Assembly: GCA_030599585.1 (NCBI GenBank)
Contig: JAUVNS010000005.1
Location: forward strand, 1-64,000
DNA length: 64,000 nucleotides
Source of the DNA: Promethearchaeota archaeon
GTDB taxonomy: Archaea > Asgardarchaeota > Lokiarchaeia > Sigyniarchaeales > SOKP01
Reading direction: 5' to 3'
The translations under genes were made by a program, and so were the position numbers. The notes beneath the pieces were generated by a model. The model was given only the letters and a program-made list of their open reading frames with translations, did not search any database and was not told where the DNA came from. Of this stretch, positions 17,744 through 28,459 are shown piece by piece. Each line of letters begins with the position of its first letter. The stretch's first letter is position 1.

Positions 17744-19669
17744 TTAAAGTCTTCTCTTAAAAAGCTTATCTAATTCATTAAATGAGAAAAATTTGAGAGT
17801 TGGTCTTCCATGTGCACAATGGAACGAGTCCTTACAATTTCCTAGATCTACAATCAACCTTCTAATGCTTTTTAAGCTCAAATCATCACCCCCTCGAATA
17901 CTTTTGTGACACGCCAAATAATTAATAATTTCGTCTAATTTTTCTGTAAAACTTGCTTCCTTGCCAATTTCAGTTAAATCGCTTATAATATCAGTAATTA
18001 TCTTGATGTTAGGTATTTTTCCCATAATTGTAGGAACAGCTCTCAAAACAAATGTATTCCCTCTAAACCATTCAAAATCAAACCCTAGTTTAGAAATTTC
18101 TTTTAAATTAGCTTCTAAGAAGAATTTTTCGCTTGGACTTACTTCAACTTTAAGAGGATTAATCAAATTTTGCTTTTCTTTTTTAGAGTTCTGAAAGTAA
18201 TTAAAAAAATATTCTTTATTCACGCGCTCAGATGCTGCGTGTTGATCTAATATGTAAAAACCTCCTTCTCCATTTTCATTTATTCCCTCTAACAATATAT
18301 AAGTTTTATTACTCAATTGACCAGTTTGGGAAATTAAACGTAGTTTAGGGAAGTTTTTTATTGAAACATAATCTCCTCTCAAAAACGACTCCGCTGACGA
18401 CTTATCAATTCTTTCGCTAATGTTATCCTTATCACTCAAATTTAGTTGAACAGATTTCTCTATAGGTACACCTTCTAATGACAACGATTTTATTTCTTCA
18501 ATCTCTCCTTTATCTACTTCAATATCATGAATGATTTTGGGATGCTTTCCTTTCTCAACAATACTACTTTCGGAATCTTTGTAAAACGTTGTACCTTTGA
18601 CTGCCTTTTCATTTTGAGAAAATTCACTTAAATCTGAATATGAATGAGTAATTTCTTTTTCTATAAATTTCTCTTCAACAAACATGCGAACAATGTTGTA
18701 AACTTTGTTGTAGACGTACTCTTCGTTTTCAAACCTAATATGCAATTTTTTAGGATGTACATTAAAATCTATTACTGAAGGATCTATTTCTAAATGCAAT
18801 ATAAAGAAGGGAAATTTACCAATCATTAATGTGCCTTTATATGCTTCTTGGACGGCTCGAAATAAAAGGTCGCTAATGACATATCTATTATTTAAAAATA
18901 AACTCGAGTACGTTCTATTGTTTTTAGAGATCTCGCTGTGCCCTAGTAATCCATGTAGCTTAATATTGTTTTCTTCATAGTTGACTAGCTCCATTAATTT
19001 AGCGACCTTTTTCCCATAAATATGGAAAACAGTCGTTCTTAAATCGTTCGAACCAGGGCAATTTAAAATGTTTAGGTTATTGTGATTATAAATGAAATGA
19101 ATTTGAGGATAAGCCAATCCAAACCGTTCGATGATATCCGTAATGTGACCTAGCTCTGTAGGATCTTTTTTAAGAAACTTCTTCCTTGCTGGAATATTAT
19201 AGAACATGTTTTTTACTTTAATATTAGTTCCGATATGGCAGGAAACTTCCATTTTTTCTATAAACTTCCCAGCCTTCAGAATTATAGTAACTCCCCTTTC
19301 ATTTTCTTTAACCCTAGAAGAAATTTCAATTTGACTCACTGCTGCAATGCTAGCTAATGCTTCCCCTCTAAAACCTAGAGTGGACAATTTCTCTAAATCT
19401 TCGAATTTTTCTATTTTACTGCTTGTATATCGCTCAAACGCTATTAATATTTCATCTGGGGGCATTCCAGAACCATCATCAATAATTTGAATTAGTGTTT
19501 TCCCCGCTTTCTTAATGATTATCCGTATTTCCTTAGCACCAGCATCGATACTGTTTTCAATCAATTCTTTCACAATATTTGCTGGTCTATCCACTACTTC
19601 TCCAGCTGCTATCTTTTCAGCATCGATTATTTTCTTTATTTCGCGTCTAATCAAATTTTTCCTCTTCAT
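17744..19669 (-). CDS. mutL: DNA mismatch repair endonuclease MutL
   Basis: IAAGEVVDRP, KELIENSIDAGA, GFRGEAL, DFNVHPKK; endonuclease motifs DQHAASERVNKE, ACH and CAHGRP. Confidence 0.96.
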   Translation of the reverse strand: MKRKNLIRREIKKIIDAEKIAAGEVVDRPANIVKELIENSIDAGAKEIRIIIKKAGKTLIQIIDDGSGMPPDEILIAFERYTSSKIEKFEDLEKLSTLGFRGEALASIAAVSQIEISSRVKENERGVTIILKAGKFIEKMEVSCHIGTNIKVKNMFYNIPARKKFLKKDPTELGHITDIIERFGLAYPQIHFIYNHNNLNILNCPGSNDLRTTVFHIYGKKVAKLMELVNYEENNIKLHGLLGHSEISKNNRTYSSLFLNNRYVISDLLFRAVQEAYKGTLMIGKFPFFILHLEIDPSVIDFNVHPKKLHIRFENEEYVYNKVYNIVRMFVEEKFIEKEITHSYSDLSEFSQNEKAVKGTTFYKDSESSIVEKGKHPKIIHDIEVDKGEIEEIKSLSLEGVPIEKSVQLNLSDKDNISERIDKSSAESFLRGDYVSIKNFPKLRLISQTGQLSNKTYILLEGINENGEGGFYILDQHAASERVNKEYFFNYFQNSKKEKQNLINPLKVEVSPSEKFFLEANLKEISKLGFDFEWFRGNTFVLRAVPTIMGKIPNIKIITDIISDLTEIGKEASFTEKLDEIINYLACHKSIRGGDDLSLKSIRRLIVDLGNCKDSFHCAHGRPTLKFFSFNELDKLFKRRL

Positions 19670-19839
19670 TTTTTTTTGCGAGTATATACTATCATGTAAT
19701 TATAGAATTTAAAATAAAACTCTATTAAGATTTAAATAATTACAGTAAATTGAAATATAACAGACAGCAACAAAATTCTTTTAAATTTCTATTAATATTT
19801 ACAATTAAGATTTTATAATATAAAATTTAAAATGGAATC

Positions 19840-20763
19840 ATGAGTGACAAGGCACATTATAATATTCAAAGAAAAATGATCATCCTACTGGCTTTGATCA
19901 CCATTTTTCTATTCATCACGAGAATCCTTGTTAATATTTTTGACTTTCCGCTGGTCCTTGATGGCTCAAGAGATGTAGATTTTAAGATTCTTCTACAAGG
20001 ATTAAAAAATGGTTTAGCAAATTTCTACGATCCCGTTATAGTTCCAGAAGGAGTACCCGATTGGCCTCCTTATTATCTTTACTTTTGGTACTTCATATTT
20101 TATCCAATGGGTTTGATTCCGTTTGAAGTAGGCGTATATGTCTGGGATGTATTAAGATTAATTACCAGTAGTTATATAGTCCTCAGGGGTTATAAAATAA
20201 TAAAAAACAGAACAAATCTCAAATGGTTTTATTTTACCATGGCAGTTGGTTTTTTTATTGATGGATGGTATAACAATTGTAATTTTCTTATCGTCTTCTT
20301 CCTATTTCTTTCTTATACTTCTTTAGAAAAAGATAAAATGTGGTTGTCTGGAATATTTTTTGTTCTTTCCACAATAAAAATTAATTCAATTCTGTATATT
20401 CCCGTTTTGTTAATAGCAAAAAAAATAAAAGTCAAAGATTTAATTTACTATGTTTTACCCTTCATACTCTTGTGTTTGCCATACATTATATTTCCGGATT
20501 ATTTTCTCCAAATGTTATATAATTGGACAAATAATACTCCTGGAATTCAGGGACTTACATTTCTTGATCCTATAATATGGAAAGCAGTCCAACCCTCACA
20601 TTTAATGTTTTTAGGGTTTATGGCTATCATAATATTTGAGAGTCTTGAGAAGTATAAGAAAAGAGATCAGATAAGAAACGCACTTGTATTGATTTTGATT
20701 ACATTCTATATTTATATAAGCATAGTAGTGATGATACTACCAAGTATTTTTAATCCAATCTGA
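19840..20763 (+). CDS. Polytopic membrane glycosyltransferase (GT-C, GT87/DUF2029-like)
   Basis: About 8-9 TM helices; DVDF loop motif, WPPYYLY, NNCN, STIK; overlaps the mutS 3' end by 14 bp. Confidence 0.6.
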   Translation: MSDKAHYNIQRKMIILLALITIFLFITRILVNIFDFPLVLDGSRDVDFKILLQGLKNGLANFYDPVIVPEGVPDWPPYYLYFWYFIFYPMGLIPFEVGVYVWDVLRLITSSYIVLRGYKIIKNRTNLKWFYFTMAVGFFIDGWYNNCNFLIVFFLFLSYTSLEKDKMWLSGIFFVLSTIKINSILYIPVLLIAKKIKVKDLIYYVLPFILLCLPYIIFPDYFLQMLYNWTNNTPGIQGLTFLDPIIWKAVQPSHLMFLGFMAIIIFESLEKYKKRDQIRNALVLILITFYIYISIVVMILPSIFNPI

Positions 20764-23686
20764 GTTTAGATAATTTTTCTTTCAGATTAATTAGTTTTTT
20801 CATCGCTTCAACAGGAGTTAATGAATCAAGATCAATATCTTTAACGATTTTTATTAGTTCTTTAGCATCATCGTCAGGTAGCGTTTCTCTCATGATTTTC
20901 GGTTTAAAAAAAGTAGTCTGCACATATTTTTTTTCTTTTTTAACATCATTATTCTGACTGGCATCTAATTGAATAGCTGAATTCGCTCTATTGCTTGGGA
21001 AGGTTTGTATTTCACTTTTCGTTTTTTCTAGCTTCCCGTTTTTGAGAATCAGTTCATCTTCACATTTAGATAATTCGTTTTGCTTTAATTTTAAATCTAA
21101 GTTCAGTCTATCCAGCACCTTTTGTTTTTCTAAAATAAATTTGTCATAATATTTACCTTTTATTGCTTCATTACCATTTTCCTTAACAGTTTCTTTAAAC
21201 GGATCTTTTTCTTCGATTTGATCTAGAATTTCGAACGCTCTTATGATGACATCGTCTGGAATTCCCGCAAGTTTTGCTACATGAATTCCATAAGATTTAT
21301 CAGTGCTTCCAGATTTCAATTTGCGAATGAAATTTATGCTTCCATCCTCATTTTCAATAATATCAAGGTGATAGTTTTTAACTCGAGGTAAGTTAATTTC
21401 TGTTAGCTGGTGATAATGTGTACTAAAAAGAGTTTTTGCCTTTAATTTGTGCAATTTTTCCAGTGTGGCTAATGCTATACTCTGACCATCACTAGTGCTC
21501 GTGCCTCTACCTAACTCATCAATAATTATTAAACTTTTTTGAGAAGCAAAATTCAAAATCTTTGCCGTTTCAGTCATTTCTATCATGAATGTGCTTAGTT
21601 TTCTTGCCAAATCGTCAGAAGCACCAATTCGAGTAAATATTTGATCAATTATACCTAAATTTGCAGATTTCGCTGGTACGAAGCTCCCCATCTGAGCAAT
21701 AATACAGATTAGCGCAACTTGTCTGAGGTAGGTGCTCTTCCCCGCCATATTTGGACCGGTAATGATTAATATCTGTTCTTTATTCGTATCCATATAACAA
21801 TCGTTCGGTATAAACCTATCAGAGATATTAATTTGCTCTACTACAGGGTGTCTTCCCTCTTTAATTAGAATAATGTCTTCTGTATTCATCTTAGGTTTAC
21901 AATAATTGTATTTCTCAGCTACTTCCGCAAAACATGCAAAAACATCGATAAAAGCTATATTTCTAGCCGTTTCTAATATCTCTGAAGTTTTTCCTGCTAC
22001 ATTCTCTCTTATGCTACAAAAGATATTGTATTCTATTTCGCTTATTTGCTCTTCAGCCTGAACGATTTTCTCTTCAAGTTTTTTAAGCTGGCTAGTGGTA
22101 TATCTCCTAGCATTTTTAAGCGTTTGTCGTTCTATATATTCATCTGGTATTTTTGGAATTTCTTTTAGAGTTCTAAAAGTGATTTGAATGTAGTAGCCTA
22201 GTATGTTGTTGTGTCCTACTTTAAAACCAGAATTTAACTTCCATCTCTCTCTCTGTGTTTTTTCGTATTCAAGAATGTAATTCTTACCATTTTGAAGTAT
22301 GTCTCTTAGTTCATCGATCTTATCATTGAACCCTGTTTTGATAAGGTTGCCCTCCTTTACAGTAGTTGGAGGATTGTCTTTTATAGAAACATCTATTACA
22401 GTTCTTGTTTCCTGAAAATCTTTGATTTGATTGTTGAATTTTGAAATTTCGGGAATTTTAGTTTTTTCCAATATGTTTTTAATTTGGGGTATTCTTTCCA
22501 AAGCGTACTTGATGTTTATCAAATCGCGGGCATTACTATTTCTAGCAAAATTAATTCGGTTGATGAATCTTTCAAGGTCACCTATTACCTTTAATTCTTC
22601 TCTTAATTCCGATCTTAAGAAAACATCGTCCTTAAATTTCTGAACGATATTAATTCTTTGGTTTATTTCATTTAAATCTGTTAAGGGTTGGAGTATAATT
22701 TTCTTCAATAATCGAGATCCCATAGGCGTATGTGTCTGATTAAAAATCGAATACAATGTGGAATCTCTCCCCTTTTCCCATAAAGATTTAACTAACTCTA
22801 AGTTCCTTTGCGTTATGTAATCTACGTGTAATATTCTTTCTTCTCGAATGTAATTTATCTTGAAAAGGTTGGGAATTACATCTCGCTGAGTCTCTTTTAA
22901 AAATGCTAACAATCCTCCAGAAGCTTGAACTGCTAATTCACGGCTTTCTAAATCAAAACTGTTTAAATTGGATAAATTGAAATGTCTTCTGAGAAGATCA
23001 TACGATTCATCAAATTCAAAAACTGAATCCTCGTAAGTTTTAATTAAAGCATTGTTCAAATCTGATAATAGCATAAAAAGGCGTTCGTCCTTTTTTATTG
23101 TAGTAGGTATGATTAATTCTACTGGATCGTATTGAGAATATGTGCTTAGTATTTTTTCAATAGGATCTTGTTCCTTTTTTAAAAATTCAGTAGTTAAGAA
23201 TTCGCCTGTAGAAAGGTCTGCGAACGCGATACCAAAACCTTTTCTTTCCTTAACAATCGAACAAATGTAGTTGTTCTCGTTTGATTTTAACATATCAGAT
23301 TCAATAATGGTTCCAGGAGATAGTATTCGTACCACCCCCCGCTTTACGATCCTACCTTTAACAGTAGCAGGATCCTCTAGTTGATCGACGACAACGACAG
23401 TTTGCCCTAAATTCACTAAATTTTTTAAATAATTACCTGCGTGGTGAGGAATTCCAGCAAGAGGATATGCATCTTTTCCTATTTTTCGTTTAGTTAGAGT
23501 GATGCCCAAAAGTTTAGAAACTCTTACAGCATCATCATAAAAAAACTCGTAGAAATCTCCCATTCGATAGGCAATAATATGGTCGGGGTACTTATCTTTA
23601 TGATTCTGTTTAACACTGTACCAATGTTTCATCATCGGTGTTAAATCTTTAAAGTTCCTATCAACTATCGAATCTTCATTAGGCAT
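20750..23686 (-). CDS. mutS: DNA mismatch repair protein MutS (MutS1)
   Basis: TPMMKHW, RMGDFYEFF, TGPNMAGKSTY, STFMIEM, IDELGRGTS, SYGIHVAKLAG, DLDSLTPVEA. Confidence 0.97.
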   Translation of the reverse strand: MPNEDSIVDRNFKDLTPMMKHWYSVKQNHKDKYPDHIIAYRMGDFYEFFYDDAVRVSKLLGITLTKRKIGKDAYPLAGIPHHAGNYLKNLVNLGQTVVVVDQLEDPATVKGRIVKRGVVRILSPGTIIESDMLKSNENNYICSIVKERKGFGIAFADLSTGEFLTTEFLKKEQDPIEKILSTYSQYDPVELIIPTTIKKDERLFMLLSDLNNALIKTYEDSVFEFDESYDLLRRHFNLSNLNSFDLESRELAVQASGGLLAFLKETQRDVIPNLFKINYIREERILHVDYITQRNLELVKSLWEKGRDSTLYSIFNQTHTPMGSRLLKKIILQPLTDLNEINQRINIVQKFKDDVFLRSELREELKVIGDLERFINRINFARNSNARDLINIKYALERIPQIKNILEKTKIPEISKFNNQIKDFQETRTVIDVSIKDNPPTTVKEGNLIKTGFNDKIDELRDILQNGKNYILEYEKTQRERWKLNSGFKVGHNNILGYYIQITFRTLKEIPKIPDEYIERQTLKNARRYTTSQLKKLEEKIVQAEEQISEIEYNIFCSIRENVAGKTSEILETARNIAFIDVFACFAEVAEKYNYCKPKMNTEDIILIKEGRHPVVEQINISDRFIPNDCYMDTNKEQILIITGPNMAGKSTYLRQVALICIIAQMGSFVPAKSANLGIIDQIFTRIGASDDLARKLSTFMIEMTETAKILNFASQKSLIIIDELGRGTSTSDGQSIALATLEKLHKLKAKTLFSTHYHQLTEINLPRVKNYHLDIIENEDGSINFIRKLKSGSTDKSYGIHVAKLAGIPDDVIIRAFEILDQIEEKDPFKETVKENGNEAIKGKYYDKFILEKQKVLDRLNLDLKLKQNELSKCEDELILKNGKLEKTKSEIQTFPSNRANSAIQLDASQNNDVKKEKKYVQTTFFKPKIMRETLPDDDAKELIKIVKDIDLDSLTPVEAMKKLINLKEKLSKLRLD

Positions 23687-23807
23687 TATAACAAAAGAAC
23701 CAATTTTTAAAATTAAATATTACAAGAGTATAAGTTTTTAAAAGAAATATATAATTTCTATTAGAATTTTAATAATGTATAATTTAAAATTATAAAATAT
23801 CAAGGGA

Positions 23808-24608
23808 TTGAGAATAATGTCTGGAGAAGATATCATTTTATATGAATTGAAAGGTAAAGTTGCAAATATTGTATTAAATAGACCAGCAGCAGCTCATTCA
23901 TTTAATTTGGATTTAATGAAAAAATTATATACTACGCTTGTAGAAGCCGATGAAGATGAAAGAGTTAAGTGCATATTAATGAAAAGTACCGGTAATCGAA
24001 TGTTTAGCGCCGGAATTGATATTAAATCTAAATCTCTTGAGGATAACAAAGAATATTTCGAAGAAATGAAGGTTTATGGGAGATCCATAACACAAAAAAT
24101 GTTAATTATGAAAAAACCAATAATCGTTCAAGTCCAAGGCACCGCAATCGGGTTTGGGATGGAACTCATAATGGCATCTGACTTACGAATATTTGCCGAT
24201 AGACCAAAAGAGGAAATGTTCTTTAGAATGCCGGAAATAGCAATTTCTATATATCCTCAAACAGGAGCGACAATTCTACCCTTATTAGCGTTTGGTCTTT
24301 CATATACTAAGAATATCTTATTTACAGCTGATGAGTTCGGATTGGACGACCTTAAAAAATTTAATTTCCCAACAAGAATTTTCACTTTAGACAAATTAGA
24401 AATAGAAACTAAGAAATTTATGAGAACTTTTAGTAAGAGAATGGATTCTTTTACATTTTTGATTAAATCCTCTTTAAATATTATGAACACGAAATATATT
24501 GAGAGATGGTACGATCTAGAGGATGAATGCGGAAAAATAGCTTACGATAAAAAAACAATGAAGGAACTTGATGAGTTTATAAAAAACTTGTATAGCAAAT
24601 ATCCGTAG
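23808..24608 (+). CDS. Enoyl-CoA hydratase/isomerase family protein (start may be ATG 23817)
   Basis: LNRP, FSAGID, AIGFGMEL..ASD, FRMPEI. Confidence 0.85.
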   Translation: MRIMSGEDIILYELKGKVANIVLNRPAAAHSFNLDLMKKLYTTLVEADEDERVKCILMKSTGNRMFSAGIDIKSKSLEDNKEYFEEMKVYGRSITQKMLIMKKPIIVQVQGTAIGFGMELIMASDLRIFADRPKEEMFFRMPEIAISIYPQTGATILPLLAFGLSYTKNILFTADEFGLDDLKKFNFPTRIFTLDKLEIETKKFMRTFSKRMDSFTFLIKSSLNIMNTKYIERWYDLEDECGKIAYDKKTMKELDEFIKNLYSKYP

Positions 24609-24633
24609 AAGTCAAATAAATTTCAAAATTTCC

Positions 24634-25491
24634 TTATTTTTGTGCTTTAATGTGTTTTTCAAGCCATATAAACATATCTTGAAAAACTTGTAATCTGCTT
24701 TTTTCATTCCATAATTCGTGAAGAAGTCCGTCGTATTCCCGGTATGTCTTATCAACACTTTTGATTCTTTCGAAGAATTTTCTATTTGTTTCCTTATCAA
24801 CAAGCTTATCATTTCCTGCTTGTAAAATAAGAGATGGACATAGTAAATTCGGTGCGTTTTCGAAAGTCCACTTCATTGACCTTTCCATCTCAGCAGCAGA
24901 TCGCCAAGATATCTCATTTATTCTTTTTTTATCCGCAATGTGTTTTCTTAAAATTTTAATGTCGCTTGTCAAGAAATTCTGTTCAATATTCATTTCCATT
25001 GTTTTTTTTGCTGAAATTTTAGAAATTGGGCCAGCAATTTTCTTGCCCAATCTTTTGCTTAGCGAGAAATCTTTGACATATTTTAATAAGGGTGAAGATG
25101 CTATTACACCCGGTATAGCTGGGTGATTTATAGCAAAAATCAAAGAAATTAAGGCTCCAAATGCGTGACCCATTAAGAAAATTTTCTTGTCATTGGCTTG
25201 TTTCTTTATTAAATCCATGAACAATACGATATCTTTTTGAATATGGTCCATACTATCGATATGTCCCGGGAAGTCTCCTGAATTTCTCCAATGTCCTCTG
25301 ATATCGAAGGCGTAAATGGCATAACCCTTTTCTGTGAAATATTCTGCAGGAACATTTATTCTATCTGAGTGCGTCCCCCATCCATGTAATGCAATTATGT
25401 AAGCTTTAACGGTTCCCGAACTGGGTAACCAATTCTGATAAAATAGCTTCTTAGTTTCTCTACCTTCGTAGGTACCGTTTTGGTTAATCAT
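24634..25491 (-). CDS. Lysophospholipase/monoacylglycerol lipase-like alpha/beta hydrolase with Ala at the nucleophile position
   Basis: LHGWGTHS, FDIRGH, GHAFG, AGNDKLVD, GLLHELWNE. Confidence 0.85.
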   Translation of the reverse strand: MINQNGTYEGRETKKLFYQNWLPSSGTVKAYIIALHGWGTHSDRINVPAEYFTEKGYAIYAFDIRGHWRNSGDFPGHIDSMDHIQKDIVLFMDLIKKQANDKKIFLMGHAFGALISLIFAINHPAIPGVIASSPLLKYVKDFSLSKRLGKKIAGPISKISAKKTMEMNIEQNFLTSDIKILRKHIADKKRINEISWRSAAEMERSMKWTFENAPNLLCPSLILQAGNDKLVDKETNRKFFERIKSVDKTYREYDGLLHELWNEKSRLQVFQDMFIWLEKHIKAQK

Positions 25492-25689
25492 TAGTTTAGT
25501 AGAAAATTTTTGAGTGATTATTCTTTGTTATGATTCATTATCTTTATACTTTTTATCACCATTGAATTCATTCAATGAATCGTGAAGCCCGAAAGCTATA
25601 AATTACAAAAGTTTTAAATTTTTGAATAAACTCTTTAAGTAATAAGAATCTCACGAAGCAATAGTGGGAAATTACCTTAGGTTTTAAAG

Positions 25690-26277
25690 ATGAGCGATTT
25701 AGAATTGATTAAAATTGTATTACTTGGTAGAGGCGGTATGGGTATAGTAACAGCATGTGAAATCATAGCGGAAGCCGCATATTTAAGTGGAAGTTTCATT
25801 GATGTCCATGCCTATCCTTCTTTTGGAGCTGAGAGGAGAGGTGCTCCAGTTCAAGCGTATGTTAAGTTATCTAGACATGAAAAAGTATATGATAGAGCAC
25901 AAATTGAAAAACCAGATATACTAATAGTCTTTGATGATAGTGTTTTAACCCAAGAAGATGTAAGTTCCCTCGAAGATCAAGGCATTTTTATCGTTAATTC
26001 TGATAAAAATCCCGAATATTTTGTTGAGAAATTTAACCTCAATAGCAAAATAAGAGTTATTGTAGCTAACATTAGTAACTTATCACTTGAAAAAAACCTA
26101 ACCATCGATGGAAACCCCGTTATCAATACCCCTATTTTAGGTTTACTATCAAAAGCATTACCAGAACTACAATTGAAAAACCTTAAGGATGTTCTATTAA
26201 ACAGAATGGGAGAACAATTAGGGAGCATAAACTTTGATCTGATTGAGCAAGGTTTTAAGATGGCAAAACTTTTGTAA
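25690..26277 (+). CDS. porG: 2-oxoacid:ferredoxin oxidoreductase gamma subunit
   Basis: GRGGMGIVTA, PSFGAERRGAPV, INTPILG. Confidence 0.92.
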   Translation: MSDLELIKIVLLGRGGMGIVTACEIIAEAAYLSGSFIDVHAYPSFGAERRGAPVQAYVKLSRHEKVYDRAQIEKPDILIVFDDSVLTQEDVSSLEDQGIFIVNSDKNPEYFVEKFNLNSKIRVIVANISNLSLEKNLTIDGNPVINTPILGLLSKALPELQLKNLKDVLLNRMGEQLGSINFDLIEQGFKMAKLL

Positions 26278-26296
26278 TTCTTTTTTTGAAAATAAA

Positions 26297-28459
26297 TTAT
26301 TGAATTGGTAGTCTAACAACGAATGTGCTACCCTTATTTCTTCCCTCGGACTCTGCTCTTATTTCGCCCTCGTGAGAATCAACTATTTCTTTTGAAATGT
26401 ATAATCCCAAACCCGTACCTTGGATATCAATATATTCAAATCCTTCTCCATATCTCTCTAATTTGCCAAATTTCGTAAATAACATTTCCATTTCCTTTGG
26501 AGATATGCCAATACCTGTATCGCTTATCGAAAATTCCGCAAAATTCTCTTTCTTTATCAATTTGATTACAATCTCCCCATTAGGTGGTGTATTTTTGATA
26601 GCATTAGATAAAAGATTCATAATCACCTGCTCAATTCTAACGAGATCTAAATTAATCTGGAACGATTCTGGTAATAGAAGCATTAAATTTATTTTTCTAT
26701 CTTTTATTAAATAGTTTAATTCTTTAGATATTTCCCGAATAATGACGCTAAGATCGTTCGGATTTTTTAAAAGTTTAAATTTCTCATAGTCTATTCTGGA
26801 GATATCAATTAAATTGTCAACTAAATGTTTTAGTCTTTTTCCTCCTTTTTCTATTAGCTCGACTATTTCTAATTCTTCTTTACTTAATTGTTCTCCATAA
26901 ATTGTTAAAAGAAGTTCGCATCCTCCACTTACAGAAACGAGAGGTGTTTTTAGTTCGTGCGATACTCTCGAGATCAAATTTTTCCTGATTTGGTCAAGTT
27001 CTTTTAATTTCTTCACTTCTTCTTCTACGAGGATCTCAGCTTCCTTTTTTGCTGTTACATCCGTAAATAAGGCTTGAACATACGTTTTTTCATTAATTTT
27101 TGTCAACGCTGCTTGTAAATTTGCCCAAAACACAACGCCATCTTTTCTATTTATTTTAAGATCCATTCGATGGAATTTTTTGCCTTTAACGAACTCTCTA
27201 AAAATTGTGAGAAGATTTGGTAAATAATCCTTATGTATTATGGGCAAATTCATAAATTTTTTACCTATTATTTCATGTCTATCGTATCCAAACATTTGTT
27301 CGGCTTTTGGGTTCATGTCTACGACAGCTCCTTGAGTGTTGATTAATACTACCGAAAACGGTGTGTTATCATAAAGATTGCGATATTTTTTTTCAGATTC
27401 TCGAAGTTTTTCTTCTAATTTGTATTTTTCTGTGATATCAATAAAGGTTCCTTCAATTCCATATCTATTTCCTCTTTTATCGAACATTAAATGAGAGTTT
27501 AATTGAACAACGACTTTCTTACCGTTTCTTGTCAAAGACGGGCAGATGTAGTTTTTTGCATATGTATCACTTAAAATTTGTTTTAAATAATGTTCTCTAT
27601 CTTCCGGATGTTGCCAAAAATCCGTAACCTTTTTACCAATTAAACTATCTGAAAGATCGTATTCTAAAATTTTATTATGAGCCGGATTGTGATTTAACAT
27701 TATCCCATCAAGAGTAACTTGATAAAAACCTACATCTAAATTATTAATCATGTTACGATATTTAAGCTCGGATTCTTTTAACCTCTCTTCTGCTTTCTTT
27801 CTTTCTGTTATGTCTTCAGTACGCACAACTATTAAATCTGGATCGACATAACTGTAATTTACAAGGAAATTTTTCTCTTCATTAGAGGATTTAAATCGGT
27901 AATTAATTTCTCGCTTAACATGAGTTTTATCATTCAGGCATAAATGCATATCATCTAAAATGTCTAATCGATCTTTATACATCTCCGAAACTTTATTTCC
28001 TATATAGTTTTCTACGCTTTTATAAGCTAATTTTGCCGCGGCGTTGTTGTAATTAACTAAAACAAAATCACCGTCCACATTTTTCCAAGTATACGCCGGT
28101 ATCGATCCTTCTTTAAACAATGCCTTGAACATACCTACCGATTCCTTTAATTTTTTCTCTGCTTTTTTACGTTCCGTTATATTTTTAGCTACCCCTAGTA
28201 CGGCATATATCTCACCATCTTTCTTAAGAGGAATCCCATAAGTTTCTAAGTAAATATATTCACCCATTTTTGTTTTAAGTTTATACTCGCTCTGGGCGGA
28301 TTGATATCCTGTTTTTCTTAATTCCTTCGTTACTTTGTATGCTTTGATCAAATTATCTCTGTCTAATAAATCAATAAAAGAAATATTAGGGATATCTTCT
28401 TTATCCATACCAAGAGCAATTAATGTTAAATCGCTAGCATCAAGGAAATTGCCATTCAA
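26297..28459 (-). CDS. Multi-PAS sensor histidine kinase (true 5' end probably upstream; frame is open to 28570)
   Basis: Four PAS/PAC repeats ending NITERK, DITERK, DITEK, DVTAK; SHELKTPL; NLLSNAIK, DTGIG, GTGLGL. Confidence 0.93.
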   Translation of the reverse strand: MNGNFLDASDLTLIALGMDKEDIPNISFIDLLDRDNLIKAYKVTKELRKTGYQSAQSEYKLKTKMGEYIYLETYGIPLKKDGEIYAVLGVAKNITERKKAEKKLKESVGMFKALFKEGSIPAYTWKNVDGDFVLVNYNNAAAKLAYKSVENYIGNKVSEMYKDRLDILDDMHLCLNDKTHVKREINYRFKSSNEEKNFLVNYSYVDPDLIVVRTEDITERKKAEERLKESELKYRNMINNLDVGFYQVTLDGIMLNHNPAHNKILEYDLSDSLIGKKVTDFWQHPEDREHYLKQILSDTYAKNYICPSLTRNGKKVVVQLNSHLMFDKRGNRYGIEGTFIDITEKYKLEEKLRESEKKYRNLYDNTPFSVVLINTQGAVVDMNPKAEQMFGYDRHEIIGKKFMNLPIIHKDYLPNLLTIFREFVKGKKFHRMDLKINRKDGVVFWANLQAALTKINEKTYVQALFTDVTAKKEAEILVEEEVKKLKELDQIRKNLISRVSHELKTPLVSVSGGCELLLTIYGEQLSKEELEIVELIEKGGKRLKHLVDNLIDISRIDYEKFKLLKNPNDLSVIIREISKELNYLIKDRKINLMLLLPESFQINLDLVRIEQVIMNLLSNAIKNTPPNGEIVIKLIKKENFAEFSISDTGIGISPKEMEMLFTKFGKLERYGEGFEYIDIQGTGLGLYISKEIVDSHEGEIRAESEGRNKGSTFVVRLPIQ

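Noticed and set aside
25525-25590. ATGATTCATT...AATGAATCGT hairpin as a SECIS element
   Set aside because: No UGA-containing gene nearby and no clear tandem GA quartet. More likely promoter DNA symmetry.
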